56,175 bases of DNA from Hydrogenobaculum sp. (GTDB lineage: Bacteria; Aquificota; Aquificia; Aquificales; Aquificaceae): NCBI GenBank assembly GCA_002878215.1, contig PNJC01000044.1, positions 1-56,175 of the forward strand, given 5' to 3'. Under the pieces are notes generated by a model. That model did no database searches and had not been told where the DNA came from. It saw only the letters and a program-made list of their open reading frames with translations. The number at the start of each line of letters is the position of its first letter. Position 1 is the stretch's first letter. Positions 30,075-39,528 of the stretch are shown here, piece by piece. Position numbers and translations under genes: made by a program.

Positions 30075-30819
30075 ATTTTTTATATTTGGTTTTTTGTTGT
30101 CCATACTAATACACCTATCTTTTTTGCTTGCTCTGGTAAAAATAAATATACCCTTTAAAAAACCGAATAAACCGGTCTACATAAGCACAATAAAACAAGT
30201 AAGCAACAAAAGACCTTCTAAAAAGGTATCAAACATTTCCAAAAGAGAAAAAAGGTATATTAAAAAACAAAAAATCATGAAAAAATCTATGTCAAAAGCC
30301 AAAAACATCAAAAAAGACAACTATTATAAACCAAACTACAATCTTGCAATACCAACGCTCCAAGAAGCTACATTAACATCAAAACAAAAAACACATTCTA
30401 CGAAGATATCTTCTAAGGGAAGTATCAAAAGATCTTATAAAGAAAACTCTCCTGAAAAAGGCGAAAACCAAGAAAAAAACCAAACAAATAAATCAAAAAC
30501 AACGAAATCATCCAACACTGCTTCAAATATCAAACCATTAAAGGAAAAACCCAAAAGCGTTCCACAAATGAAGCCTAAAAATATAAGCACACTAGGTTCT
30601 TATTTTGACTTTCTTAGCTATCTAGAAAATGTGTTTCATTATATACATCAAAACTGCAAAGGAGAGGGAGTATTGATGTTTGATCTTTACAAAGACGGAA
30701 GTTTAAAGCTTTTAGAAACGCAAAAAGGATCAGTCACTTGTGAAAAGAATTTACAAGCTCCGCCTATGCCATCAAGCGTTATGGAAAACAAAATCCAATT
30801 TCTTATAAATATACCTTAA
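30061..30819 (+). CDS. TonB/TolA-like membrane-anchored protein
   Basis: N-terminal TM helix with SxxxH (LLSILIHLS); long Lys/Ser-rich linker; short C-terminal domain with two Cys. Confidence 0.55.
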   Translation: MRRHKFFIFGFLLSILIHLSFLLALVKINIPFKKPNKPVYISTIKQVSNKRPSKKVSNISKREKRYIKKQKIMKKSMSKAKNIKKDNYYKPNYNLAIPTLQEATLTSKQKTHSTKISSKGSIKRSYKENSPEKGENQEKNQTNKSKTTKSSNTASNIKPLKEKPKSVPQMKPKNISTLGSYFDFLSYLENVFHYIHQNCKGEGVLMFDLYKDGSLKLLETQKGSVTCEKNLQAPPMPSSVMENKIQFLINIP

Positions 30820-30839
30820 AAATTTTATATAATTAAAGT

Positions 30840-32267
30840 ATGATTAAAAAAGTATTGATAGCAAACAGAGGAGAAGTGGCTGTACGTATCATAAGAGCCT
30901 GCAAAGAGCTTGACATTAAAACGGTGGCTATATATTCTGAAGCTGATATAAATTCTTTACATATAAAAAAGGCTGATGAAGCGTATCTTATTCCCATGGA
31001 CCCCATAAAAGCTTACCTTGATTACAATAAAATAATAAACATAGCAAAACAAGCTGGTGCGGATGCTATACATCCTGGCTATGGATTTTTATCTGAAAAT
31101 CATGAATTTGCTCAAGCTTGCATCGATGCTGGCCTTATATTTATAGGTCCTACACCAGAACAAATAGAAACTTTTGGGGATAAGGTAAAAGCAAAAAAAG
31201 TTATGAGAAGTTTAGGTATACCGGTAGTTCCCGGAAGCGATGAGCCTATTACAAAATTAGAGGATGCTTACGATATAGCCGAGAGTATAGGATATCCTAT
31301 TATACTAAAAGCTGCATACGGTGGTGGTGGTAGAGGGATGAGGGTTGTTTATAAAAAAGAAGATCTAAAACAAAGCTTTGAGTCGGCCCAAAAGGAATCT
31401 TTGGCTTTTTTTGGAAAAGGAGACATATTTATAGAAAAATATATCCAAAGGCCAAAACACATAGAAGTACAGATTTTAGCAGACAAGTATGGAAACGTCG
31501 TGCATCTTGGCGAGAGAGATTGCTCTATACAAAGACGCCATCAAAAAATAATTGAGATAACGCCGTCTCCAAGGCTTGATAGGAACGTAAGAAACAAGAT
31601 GCTCGGTATGTCGGTAAGGGCTATGATGAAATATGGATATGAAAGCGCTGGTACTATAGAGTTTATACTAGATCAAACCACCAACGAATTTTATTTTATA
31701 GAGATGAATACAAGGCTTCAGGTAGAACACACTATAACAGAGATTATAACAGGCATAGATATTGTAGAGCAGATGATAAGAATTGCCAATGGAGAACCAC
31801 TTAGTTTTGTGCAAAATGACATCTCCTTTAGGGGCTGCGCTATACAGTTTAGAATAAACGCTGAAGACCCTACTAGAAACTTTGCGCCATCTCCAGGGCG
31901 TATTACCGCCTACCACTCACCTGGTGGTATAGGGGTAAGAATGGATTCTGCTATTTACAAAGATTATATAATACCGCCTTATTACGATTCTTTGGTTAGT
32001 AAGCTCTGCGTGTGGGCTCTTGATTGGGAAAGAGCTGTGGCAAGAGCTAAAAGAGCCTTAGACGAATTTATTATAAGAGGCATACCAACAAATTTACAGC
32101 TTCATAGAGAAATAATAAGAGATGATGATTTTATACGAGGTGATTTTGATACAAGTTTCCTTGATAACAGGTTGAGTCAATACGATTATAAAATAGAAGG
32201 TGAAAAGCCAAAAGATGTATTAGCTTTAGCTATATCAGCAGCGTTGGCGAGTTATTACGGCTTATGA
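30840..32267 (+). CDS. Biotin carboxylase, most likely pyruvate carboxylase subunit A (PycA-like)
   Basis: ANRGE, HPGYGFLSEN, GGGGRGMR, ERDCSIQRRHQK, EMNTRLQVEH motifs; C-terminal extension LAISAALASYYGL typical of two-subunit carboxylase alpha chains rather than AccC. Confidence 0.85.
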   Translation: MIKKVLIANRGEVAVRIIRACKELDIKTVAIYSEADINSLHIKKADEAYLIPMDPIKAYLDYNKIINIAKQAGADAIHPGYGFLSENHEFAQACIDAGLIFIGPTPEQIETFGDKVKAKKVMRSLGIPVVPGSDEPITKLEDAYDIAESIGYPIILKAAYGGGGRGMRVVYKKEDLKQSFESAQKESLAFFGKGDIFIEKYIQRPKHIEVQILADKYGNVVHLGERDCSIQRRHQKIIEITPSPRLDRNVRNKMLGMSVRAMMKYGYESAGTIEFILDQTTNEFYFIEMNTRLQVEHTITEIITGIDIVEQMIRIANGEPLSFVQNDISFRGCAIQFRINAEDPTRNFAPSPGRITAYHSPGGIGVRMDSAIYKDYIIPPYYDSLVSKLCVWALDWERAVARAKRALDEFIIRGIPTNLQLHREIIRDDDFIRGDFDTSFLDNRLSQYDYKIEGEKPKDVLALAISAALASYYGL

Positions 32268-33007
32268 GGATAGGTATAATAGGCTACGGCAACATGGGTA
32301 GAGCGTTTGCTCTTGGTCTAAAAGACAGTTACGATGTTATAGTCTTTGATAAAGACATTTCAAAAAAGGAAATCTCGGTAAAAGATGGGTTAGGTTTTGC
32401 AAGTTCTGTTGAGTTTTTGTTAGATAGTGTAGATTTGATTATTTTATCTATAAAACCTCAAGACTTAACATCTTTGAAGGGATTAAATTTTAACGGGAAA
32501 TCTTTGGTAAGTATGCTTGCTGGGACAAGCGTTTCGAAATTGAAAGAGTATGCGAAAGATGCTTATATTACAAGAATTATGCCAAATTTAGCCGTTGTTT
32601 ATAAAAAGGGTGTAATAGCTTTTTACAGCGAAGATATTAAGAAAGATACTATAAAAAGCATACTGGCACATCTTGGAAAAGTTTATGAGCTTGAAGAGAA
32701 ACACTTTGATGCCTTTACAGCCATTGGTGGGTCTGGTCCAGCTTTTGTTGCGAGTATCGTAGAAGCTATGAGGCTTTCTGGTGTCTATATGGGTTTAAAC
32801 AAAGACATGTCCTACGACTTAGCTATAGCTACCATAGAAGGGACTTTAGAGCTTTTAAAAGCTTACAACGAAGAAGATCTTGTTTTAAAGGTTAGCTCAC
32901 CGGCAGGTACTACGATAGAGGGTATATACAACATAGAAAAATCTGGACTTAAAGGTATATTGATGGAAACTTTCATAAAAGCTTATCAAAAGTCTAAAAA
33001 CCTATGA
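32264..33007 (+). CDS. proC: Pyrroline-5-carboxylate reductase
   Basis: GYGNMG, IKPQ, RIMPN, GSGPA, VSSPAGTT motifs. Confidence 0.95.
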   Translation: MRIGIIGYGNMGRAFALGLKDSYDVIVFDKDISKKEISVKDGLGFASSVEFLLDSVDLIILSIKPQDLTSLKGLNFNGKSLVSMLAGTSVSKLKEYAKDAYITRIMPNLAVVYKKGVIAFYSEDIKKDTIKSILAHLGKVYELEEKHFDAFTAIGGSGPAFVASIVEAMRLSGVYMGLNKDMSYDLAIATIEGTLELLKAYNEEDLVLKVSSPAGTTIEGIYNIEKSGLKGILMETFIKAYQKSKNL

Positions 33008-34548
33008 TTAAGAGCATCAAAATAGAGTCTTATCTTCTTTTAAAATCTCAATACGTAGAGTTTAAAGAAGGTCTAAACGTTATTACAGGGGAGTCTGGAG
33101 CTGGTAAATCAATGCTAATGGATGCTATTAAGTTTTGTCTTGGGCTTTTAGCATCATCCTCTGACAATGCCTCTGTAGAAATAGAAATAAACGAGGATAT
33201 AGTAAGAAGAGAAACAAAGGCAGGAAAATCTAAGTTTTACATAAACGGAATGACATCAAATCAAAGAACAGTCTTAGAGACATTTGGACAAAGCGTTATG
33301 TTCCAAGCTCAGTCTTCTCAATCAAAGATTTTTAAAAAGCATCATCAGTTGGAGATATTGGACAAGGATAAAGATATTCAAAGGAAAAAGAAAGAGTTTG
33401 TGGAATATTTTGATGCCTTAAAACAAAAAGAGGAGCTCTTAAAAGATTTGCTTTTCCAAAAAGAATCTTTAGAAAAAGAGATAGAAAAAAACAAAGAACT
33501 TATAGAGTCGTTAGAAGCGCTAAACTTAGAAAAGGATACTTACAACGATATAAAGTCAAAAGCAGAAGAGTTGCAGCACGCAGAAAAAATAAATACCTAT
33601 ATTCAAAATGTGTTGAACGCCTTAGAATACAGCGACCATAGTGCAATCTCTAAAATAAACTACTCCATATCCCAAATAAATCAAGCGCTTTCTTATAAAG
33701 AAGACTTACAAAAAGCCGTAGATAAATTAAATGCTTTGAAAGACCAGCTTTTAGAAACAGTATCTTTTATAGCGTCCTACAAAGCATACGTCGACATGGA
33801 GTTGATAGATAAGCTAAACGAAACCATATTTAACGTACAGTCTTTAGAAAGAAAATACAAGATGCCTTTTGAAAGGATGTTTGAGGTTAAGAAATCTTAC
33901 AAAGAAAATATATCATCTCTAAAAGCCTTAAAAGAAAACATAGAGCACATGTTTAGAGAAATAGAGTATCTTAAAAAAGACACGTTAGAAAAAGCCGATG
34001 AGCTATCTAGTTTAAGAAAAGCAAAGGCTAAAGAGATAAGCGCTCTAGTAAACAACGTTTTAAAGCTTTTAAACTTAAAAGAAGCTTATTTTGACATAGA
34101 TATAAAGCCAAAGGAGTTATCAAGAAACGGTATAGACGATATAACGTTTTTGTTTTCTTCTTATTCAAAAGAACATATGAAGGAATTGGCTGAAGTGGCC
34201 TCTTGGGGAGAAACATCGAGGATAGTTTTAGCTATATCTTCGGTGCTTGGAGATTATGAGACTTACGTATATGACGAAATAGACGCTGGGACTAGCGGAG
34301 AAGCTTCTATATCAATAGCCAAACTTTTAAAAGACATATCAAAAAACGCTCAAATAATTTGCATAAGCCATACTCCGGCAGTAGCCGCCGCTTCTTCTAA
34401 CCACATATTGGTAAAAAGACAATCAAACGATATACACATAAAAAGCCTAACCAAAGAAGAAAGGATAGAAGAACTTTCAAGACTTATGGGTATTGTAAAC
34501 GAAGATACAAAAAAGGGTGCAAAAAAGCTAATAGAACAGTTTTCTTAG
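33004..34548 (+). CDS. recN: DNA repair protein RecN
   Basis: TGESGAGKSM Walker A, coiled coil, DEIDAGTSG, ISHTPAVAA, ERIEELSRL; ABC signature reads ASWGE. Confidence 0.9.
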   Translation: MIKSIKIESYLLLKSQYVEFKEGLNVITGESGAGKSMLMDAIKFCLGLLASSSDNASVEIEINEDIVRRETKAGKSKFYINGMTSNQRTVLETFGQSVMFQAQSSQSKIFKKHHQLEILDKDKDIQRKKKEFVEYFDALKQKEELLKDLLFQKESLEKEIEKNKELIESLEALNLEKDTYNDIKSKAEELQHAEKINTYIQNVLNALEYSDHSAISKINYSISQINQALSYKEDLQKAVDKLNALKDQLLETVSFIASYKAYVDMELIDKLNETIFNVQSLERKYKMPFERMFEVKKSYKENISSLKALKENIEHMFREIEYLKKDTLEKADELSSLRKAKAKEISALVNNVLKLLNLKEAYFDIDIKPKELSRNGIDDITFLFSSYSKEHMKELAEVASWGETSRIVLAISSVLGDYETYVYDEIDAGTSGEASISIAKLLKDISKNAQIICISHTPAVAAASSNHILVKRQSNDIHIKSLTKEERIEELSRLMGIVNEDTKKGAKKLIEQFS

Positions 34549-34551
34549 TTT

Positions 34552-34583
34552 TTCACTAATATATCATGAACTTTTGATAGTAT
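34552..34583 (+). promoter_or_regulatory. Putative promoter: TTCAC-N6-ATCAT direct repeat, 10 nt, then extended -10 TGaTAGTAT
   Basis: Pentamers at 34552 and 34563; -10 at 34578-34583; ATG 7 nt downstream. Confidence 0.4.
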
Positions 34584-34590
34584 ATTTCCT

Positions 34591-35589
34591 ATGAAACTTT
34601 ACCATTTTGCAATAGTATTGTGTCTAACGGGTTTTCTTTTTTCTTGTGAAAAGCCAAAAACTAAACAAATAAGCAAGGGGATAAAATCACCAAACATAGC
34701 TTTATGCAAGGTAGTATACGGAGCTTACCAAGTAAAAACACCAATATACGGAGAGGTACAAAACCAAGCTGCCACTTATATAAGCTCACCAATCGGTGGT
34801 ATATTAAAATCAGTTTACGTCAAAAATGGAGATTTTGTAAAAAAAGGGCAAGTTATAGCGACCTTGGATACAAAAGTTTTTCAAGATAAAGCGATGGCAA
34901 TAGCCCAAGATATAGAGGCTTCTAAGAAAAAACTAAAATATTACATGTCTCGCTACGAGAGAGCAAAAAAACTATATAAGCTCGGTTCTATGTCATATCA
35001 AGAGTATTCTCAAATAAAAACGGATTTGGCTTTGGCTCAAGGAGATCTTAACAGAAACATATATTTGAAAAAATCTTTGGAAGATGAAGCTTCTTATGGT
35101 ATTGTAAAAGCACCTTTTGACGGAATTGTTTCTAACGTGCTTCCAAGCGGTAGCAATGTAAATCCCGGTTCCCCTATAGCGTTTATAAGCGCCAAGAAGC
35201 TTTATGGAGAGTTTTTCATACCTTTTAATATGAAAATCTCAAATACAGATAAAATTTTGTTTGATAATAAACTATATCCTATAAACGCTTTTCAGGACGA
35301 TAAATCAAGGTTAGCCGTAATATTACCTATATCTTCTTATGAAAATCCGGGAAACAGTTTAAAAGCTTTTATTGTAAAAACAATACAAGGACAAAGGATA
35401 CCTTCAAAAGCTTTGGTCCTTTACAACAATAGACCAAGTGTTTTTGTAGAGCAAGGTGATAAAGTAAAAAATATACCTGTGAAAATATTAGGTAATATGG
35501 GACAATACTATGTGGTGTCTGGAGTCATTGGCGATAGCGTAGTTTGTAAAGGCGCCAAACTTCTAAAAGATGGTGAAAAAGTTAAATGA
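34591..35589 (+). CDS. RND efflux periplasmic adaptor (MFP), probable lipoprotein
   Basis: LFSC lipobox; ISSPIGG...VKNGDFVKKGQ and VKAPFDGIV lipoyl motifs; coupled to an RND permease. Confidence 0.9.
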   Translation: MKLYHFAIVLCLTGFLFSCEKPKTKQISKGIKSPNIALCKVVYGAYQVKTPIYGEVQNQAATYISSPIGGILKSVYVKNGDFVKKGQVIATLDTKVFQDKAMAIAQDIEASKKKLKYYMSRYERAKKLYKLGSMSYQEYSQIKTDLALAQGDLNRNIYLKKSLEDEASYGIVKAPFDGIVSNVLPSGSNVNPGSPIAFISAKKLYGEFFIPFNMKISNTDKILFDNKLYPINAFQDDKSRLAVILPISSYENPGNSLKAFIVKTIQGQRIPSKALVLYNNRPSVFVEQGDKVKNIPVKILGNMGQYYVVSGVIGDSVVCKGAKLLKDGEKVK

Positions 35590-38500
35590 GAGCTTTTGTA
35601 AGCTTTGCTATAAAAAATAGATATGCATTTTTTATAATCTTTGGTGTATTGTCGGTACTTGGCTACATGCTATCTTTTAAACTACCGGAAGATATATTTC
35701 CAAATGTCGTATATCCAAGAGTCGTTATTACCGTAAACGCCAATTATGAGCCCATCCAAAAAACACTATCAGATATTACAATACCGATGGAACAAGGAAT
35801 AAAATCTGTAGAAGGAGTGACAGACGTAAGGTCAAGAACCGGGCCAGGTCTTGTTATGTTGAATGTATACTTTAGTCCACACACAAATCCGTATAGAGCT
35901 TATCAAATGATTATGTCAGAAATATCAGAACTTCAAATGGATATGGGGGTAAAGGCGAGTTTTGATGTAAGACTTATGGGGCCGAGTGCCTATTCTGTAG
36001 CAGGTTATGCTCTAGTATCTAGAGAACTGCCCATAAACAAGCTTAGCAATATAGTAAGATATACGATAAAACCAGCCCTTTTGTCTATACCAGGTGTTTA
36101 TGAAGTGGATATGGTAGGTGGTACTTATAGCACTATGGACGTGGTCCTAAATCCTTCTGTTATACAGAAATTAAATATACCTATAAGTGTAATCTTAAAC
36201 GATATAAAAAGTTACACACAAAACCACTTCATAGGCGAATACAATCAGAAAAACTTTTCTATCTTAGTGTTTGGCGTTCAAACTCCACAAGACGAACAAG
36301 ATATATTGAACATTCCAATATATTACAACAACCAAACTATAACTCTTGGTGACATTGCCTATGTGGTAAAAGGTCATTATCCTATGCTTTCTTACGTTAA
36401 CGTAGATGGGTATCCTTCCACAGTTATATTTAACATACATAGGACCAACGATGCCAACGCTATAAAAATTGTAAACGAAGTAGATAAAACTCTTAAAACC
36501 TTGAAACTACCACCTCATGCTCATATTGTAAAATGGTTTGACGTCACAGATTTTATAAGCTCTTCTATAAGAAGCGTTATAGATGCCATTGTAATAGGGT
36601 CATTAATCACGCTTGTGGTAATAGCTCTTTTTCTAAACAACGTCAGACTTTCCCTTCTAACGGCTATAGTTATACCAGTAAGCATTTTATGTGCACTGCT
36701 TTTTATGTATATACTACATGGAAGCTTAAATCTCATGAGTCTTGGTGGTTTAGCAGCATCCATAGGAGCACTCTTAGACCACGCTATTGTGGTAATGGAA
36801 AACATAGAAAAAAATATAAATAAACCACGACCAAAGCTTGAATCTGTTATAGATGCATCTTCTGAAATCCTAAAGCCGATGACACTTGCAACGCTAACAT
36901 CTGTAAGCGTATTTGCTCCTCTTTTTTTCTTATCAGGCATTATTGGTACATTTTTTAAAGAGTTAGCTTTAGCTGTTATTTTGGCACTCTTAATATCTCA
37001 GTTTGTTTCTATGACAATAACCCCTTCCATAGCTTACATGGCTATACCAAAAGTCGTAAAACCAGAACCAAACTGGCTTTTAAAACTCACAAACGTTTAT
37101 CAAAAAATTTTTTCTGGCTTTTACAAAAGAAAAAATTTAAGTATTTTAATAGTGGTTTTATTGCTTTTAACGTCGTTAGGTCTTTATAAAAGCATGAAAA
37201 CTGGCTTTTTGCCAGAATGGGATGAAGGTATGTTTGTGCTTGACTTCACAGGACCATCTGGTGCATCTTCCCAAAACACATATCAGATAGTAAAACACAT
37301 AGAAAAGATAGTAGCATCGATACCAGAGGTAAAACATTATTCGGTACGAATAGGTGCATCTTTAGGACAACCAAGAAACCCTACCAACAAGGGAGATGTG
37401 CTTATTACCTTAAAAGATCACAGGACAAAATCTATTTTTGCCGTGATGAGAGAAATAAGAGAGAGAGTAGATGCGAAAGTACATGTTTTGAAAGAGTTTG
37501 ATATGGCTCAGGTATTAAGAGACAGGCTTGGCGATATTACAGGGCAACATGCTCCTTTTTCGGTGGTAATACATGGCTCAGATCCAGAAACCCTTGTCAA
37601 GCTTGGTCAAGAAATAAGAGATAAGGTAGCTAAAGAACCTATTTTCAAAGAGGTAAATTTAAAAACGTTATTTTACGGACCTTATTATTATATTTCCTTG
37701 AAAAAAGATGCTTACTCCAATTACGGTATAACTTACGACGATGTGGTAAATACGTTAAAGCTCCATCTTTGGGGTATTACTCTTACAAATTATCTAAAGG
37801 GTCAAGAGCGAATATTTATAAGGGCTTACGAACCTTTCAATCCAAACGAAGAAACCATTAAAGATATAAACATATACTCTCCAAAAAAACATGTGTATAT
37901 ACCGCTTTCTTTGGTAGCAAATATAAGATTTGAAGAAAATGTGCCAGGTATTACAAGAAGAAATCTGCAAAATGTATCTGTTGTTAGGGTGAAGATGCAC
38001 CATGAAGATTTAGCTCTTGGAATAAATGTTTTAAAGAAGGTGTTGGATAAGATTGTTATGCCGCAAGGATATTACTACACTATAGAAGGTTTTTACAAAG
38101 AACAGCAACAATCTTTTAAAGAAATGTTTATAGTGATATCTTTCTCTGTGTTGATAGTTCTGGCGCTTTTAATATTTCAATTTGGATCCTTTTTGCAAGC
38201 TTTATCAGTTATATTTGTGCTATCGTTGTCTGTAGTGGGAGTTTTTTTAGCTCTAATGATAACCAATAAACCCTTAGACGTTACGTCGTTTATGGGTATG
38301 CTTTTGGTGCTTAGCGTGGTTGTGAACAACGGTATTCTAATATTTGATTATTATAACAAAGAGTTAGAAGAAAACATATCACATAAAGAAGCTATGCTAA
38401 ACGCTTGTAAAAAACGCTTTAGACCTATACTCATGACAATGGTTGCCGATGTGCTTGGGTTTTTGCCTATAGCTTTGGCTATCGGAAGAGGCACAGAAGT

Positions 38501-38633
38501 AATACAAAACATGGCAATATCCGTTATGGGGGGCCTTTTTATAGGTATGTTTCTTTCGCTTCTTGTCCTTCCAATCTTTTACACCACGCTAAGGGGTATA
38601 TTCCTCAAGTTTAGAATTTCAAAAGAGCTGTGA
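35586..38633 (+). CDS. RND efflux permease (CusA/CzcA-related heavy-metal family)
   Basis: 1015 aa; NLMSLGGLAASIGALLDHAIVVMEN, FLPEWDEG, RFRPILMT motifs. Confidence 0.92.
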   Translation: MRAFVSFAIKNRYAFFIIFGVLSVLGYMLSFKLPEDIFPNVVYPRVVITVNANYEPIQKTLSDITIPMEQGIKSVEGVTDVRSRTGPGLVMLNVYFSPHTNPYRAYQMIMSEISELQMDMGVKASFDVRLMGPSAYSVAGYALVSRELPINKLSNIVRYTIKPALLSIPGVYEVDMVGGTYSTMDVVLNPSVIQKLNIPISVILNDIKSYTQNHFIGEYNQKNFSILVFGVQTPQDEQDILNIPIYYNNQTITLGDIAYVVKGHYPMLSYVNVDGYPSTVIFNIHRTNDANAIKIVNEVDKTLKTLKLPPHAHIVKWFDVTDFISSSIRSVIDAIVIGSLITLVVIALFLNNVRLSLLTAIVIPVSILCALLFMYILHGSLNLMSLGGLAASIGALLDHAIVVMENIEKNINKPRPKLESVIDASSEILKPMTLATLTSVSVFAPLFFLSGIIGTFFKELALAVILALLISQFVSMTITPSIAYMAIPKVVKPEPNWLLKLTNVYQKIFSGFYKRKNLSILIVVLLLLTSLGLYKSMKTGFLPEWDEGMFVLDFTGPSGASSQNTYQIVKHIEKIVASIPEVKHYSVRIGASLGQPRNPTNKGDVLITLKDHRTKSIFAVMREIRERVDAKVHVLKEFDMAQVLRDRLGDITGQHAPFSVVIHGSDPETLVKLGQEIRDKVAKEPIFKEVNLKTLFYGPYYYISLKKDAYSNYGITYDDVVNTLKLHLWGITLTNYLKGQERIFIRAYEPFNPNEETIKDINIYSPKKHVYIPLSLVANIRFEENVPGITRRNLQNVSVVRVKMHHEDLALGINVLKKVLDKIVMPQGYYYTIEGFYKEQQQSFKEMFIVISFSVLIVLALLIFQFGSFLQALSVIFVLSLSVVGVFLALMITNKPLDVTSFMGMLLVLSVVVNNGILIFDYYNKELEENISHKEAMLNACKKRFRPILMTMVADVLGFLPIALAIGRGTEVIQNMAISVMGGLFIGMFLSLLVLPIFYTTLRGIFLKFRISKEL

Positions 38634-38718
38634 TGCTTCTACAAGTTTAAAGTTTGAACATACTTTTTAATCAAAAGCCTTATATCCATATTTCTCAATT
38701 TTTATTTATAATGTTTAT

Positions 38719-39528
38719 ATGGAATATCAAATTTTTATATACGAAATAGATAAGGATGTTTTAGAAGATTTACTTATAGAGGAAGCTTTTGGTTTTGAGA
38801 TTTTAGAAAAAAAAGAAAATGTATGGAAAATATCTACCGACAAAAAGATAGAAAACTTAGAGCCTTTAGAAATCAAGAAGATAAGCTATAGCGAGTTTGA
38901 ATTCGGTGAGATAGAGCCTATAAAAGAAGATATTTTTGTGATAATACCATCTTACGCTATACCAATAAGAATTAAAAAAGGCATGGCCTTTGGAACAGGG
39001 CTTCACGAGAGTACACAGATTATGCTAACTTTGATGAAAGACTTTATAAACAAATACGATAGCGTGTTGGATGTAGGATGTGGTAGTGGTATACTTACAA
39101 TTGCTAGCAAGCATCTTACAAACTCTTATGTAAAAGGAATAGATTTAGACCCCATAGCTATAAAAGAAGCTATAGAAAATGCAAAAAACAACAACATAAA
39201 AGACGTTTATTTTGAGGTATCAACACCTTTAGATATTCTAAAAAGAAACTCTTTAGATAAAAACACAAAGAAAGAATACATAAAAGACGAGTGTTTCTAC
39301 GATTATTTTATTGGAGCTTACGATGTAGTATTGGCAAATTTAGAAATGCATATTTTTGAAAAAGAGCTTCCAAACATCGTAAAGCTATTTAAAAAATATC
39401 TTATAATATCAGGCATATACAAAGATGAGGATAAACTTATTAAAGATATGCTTAATAATCTAAACCTTAAAATCTTGAAACAAACTACAAAAAACGATTG
39501 GCATGGTTTTGTAATAGGGAATTGTTAA
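38719..39528 (+). CDS. prmA: Ribosomal protein L11 methyltransferase
   Basis: GMAFGTGLHEST, VLDVGCGSGIL, GIDLDP, ISGI motifs. Confidence 0.9.
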   Translation: MEYQIFIYEIDKDVLEDLLIEEAFGFEILEKKENVWKISTDKKIENLEPLEIKKISYSEFEFGEIEPIKEDIFVIIPSYAIPIRIKKGMAFGTGLHESTQIMLTLMKDFINKYDSVLDVGCGSGILTIASKHLTNSYVKGIDLDPIAIKEAIENAKNNNIKDVYFEVSTPLDILKRNSLDKNTKKEYIKDECFYDYFIGAYDVVLANLEMHIFEKELPNIVKLFKKYLIISGIYKDEDKLIKDMLNNLNLKILKQTTKNDWHGFVIGNC

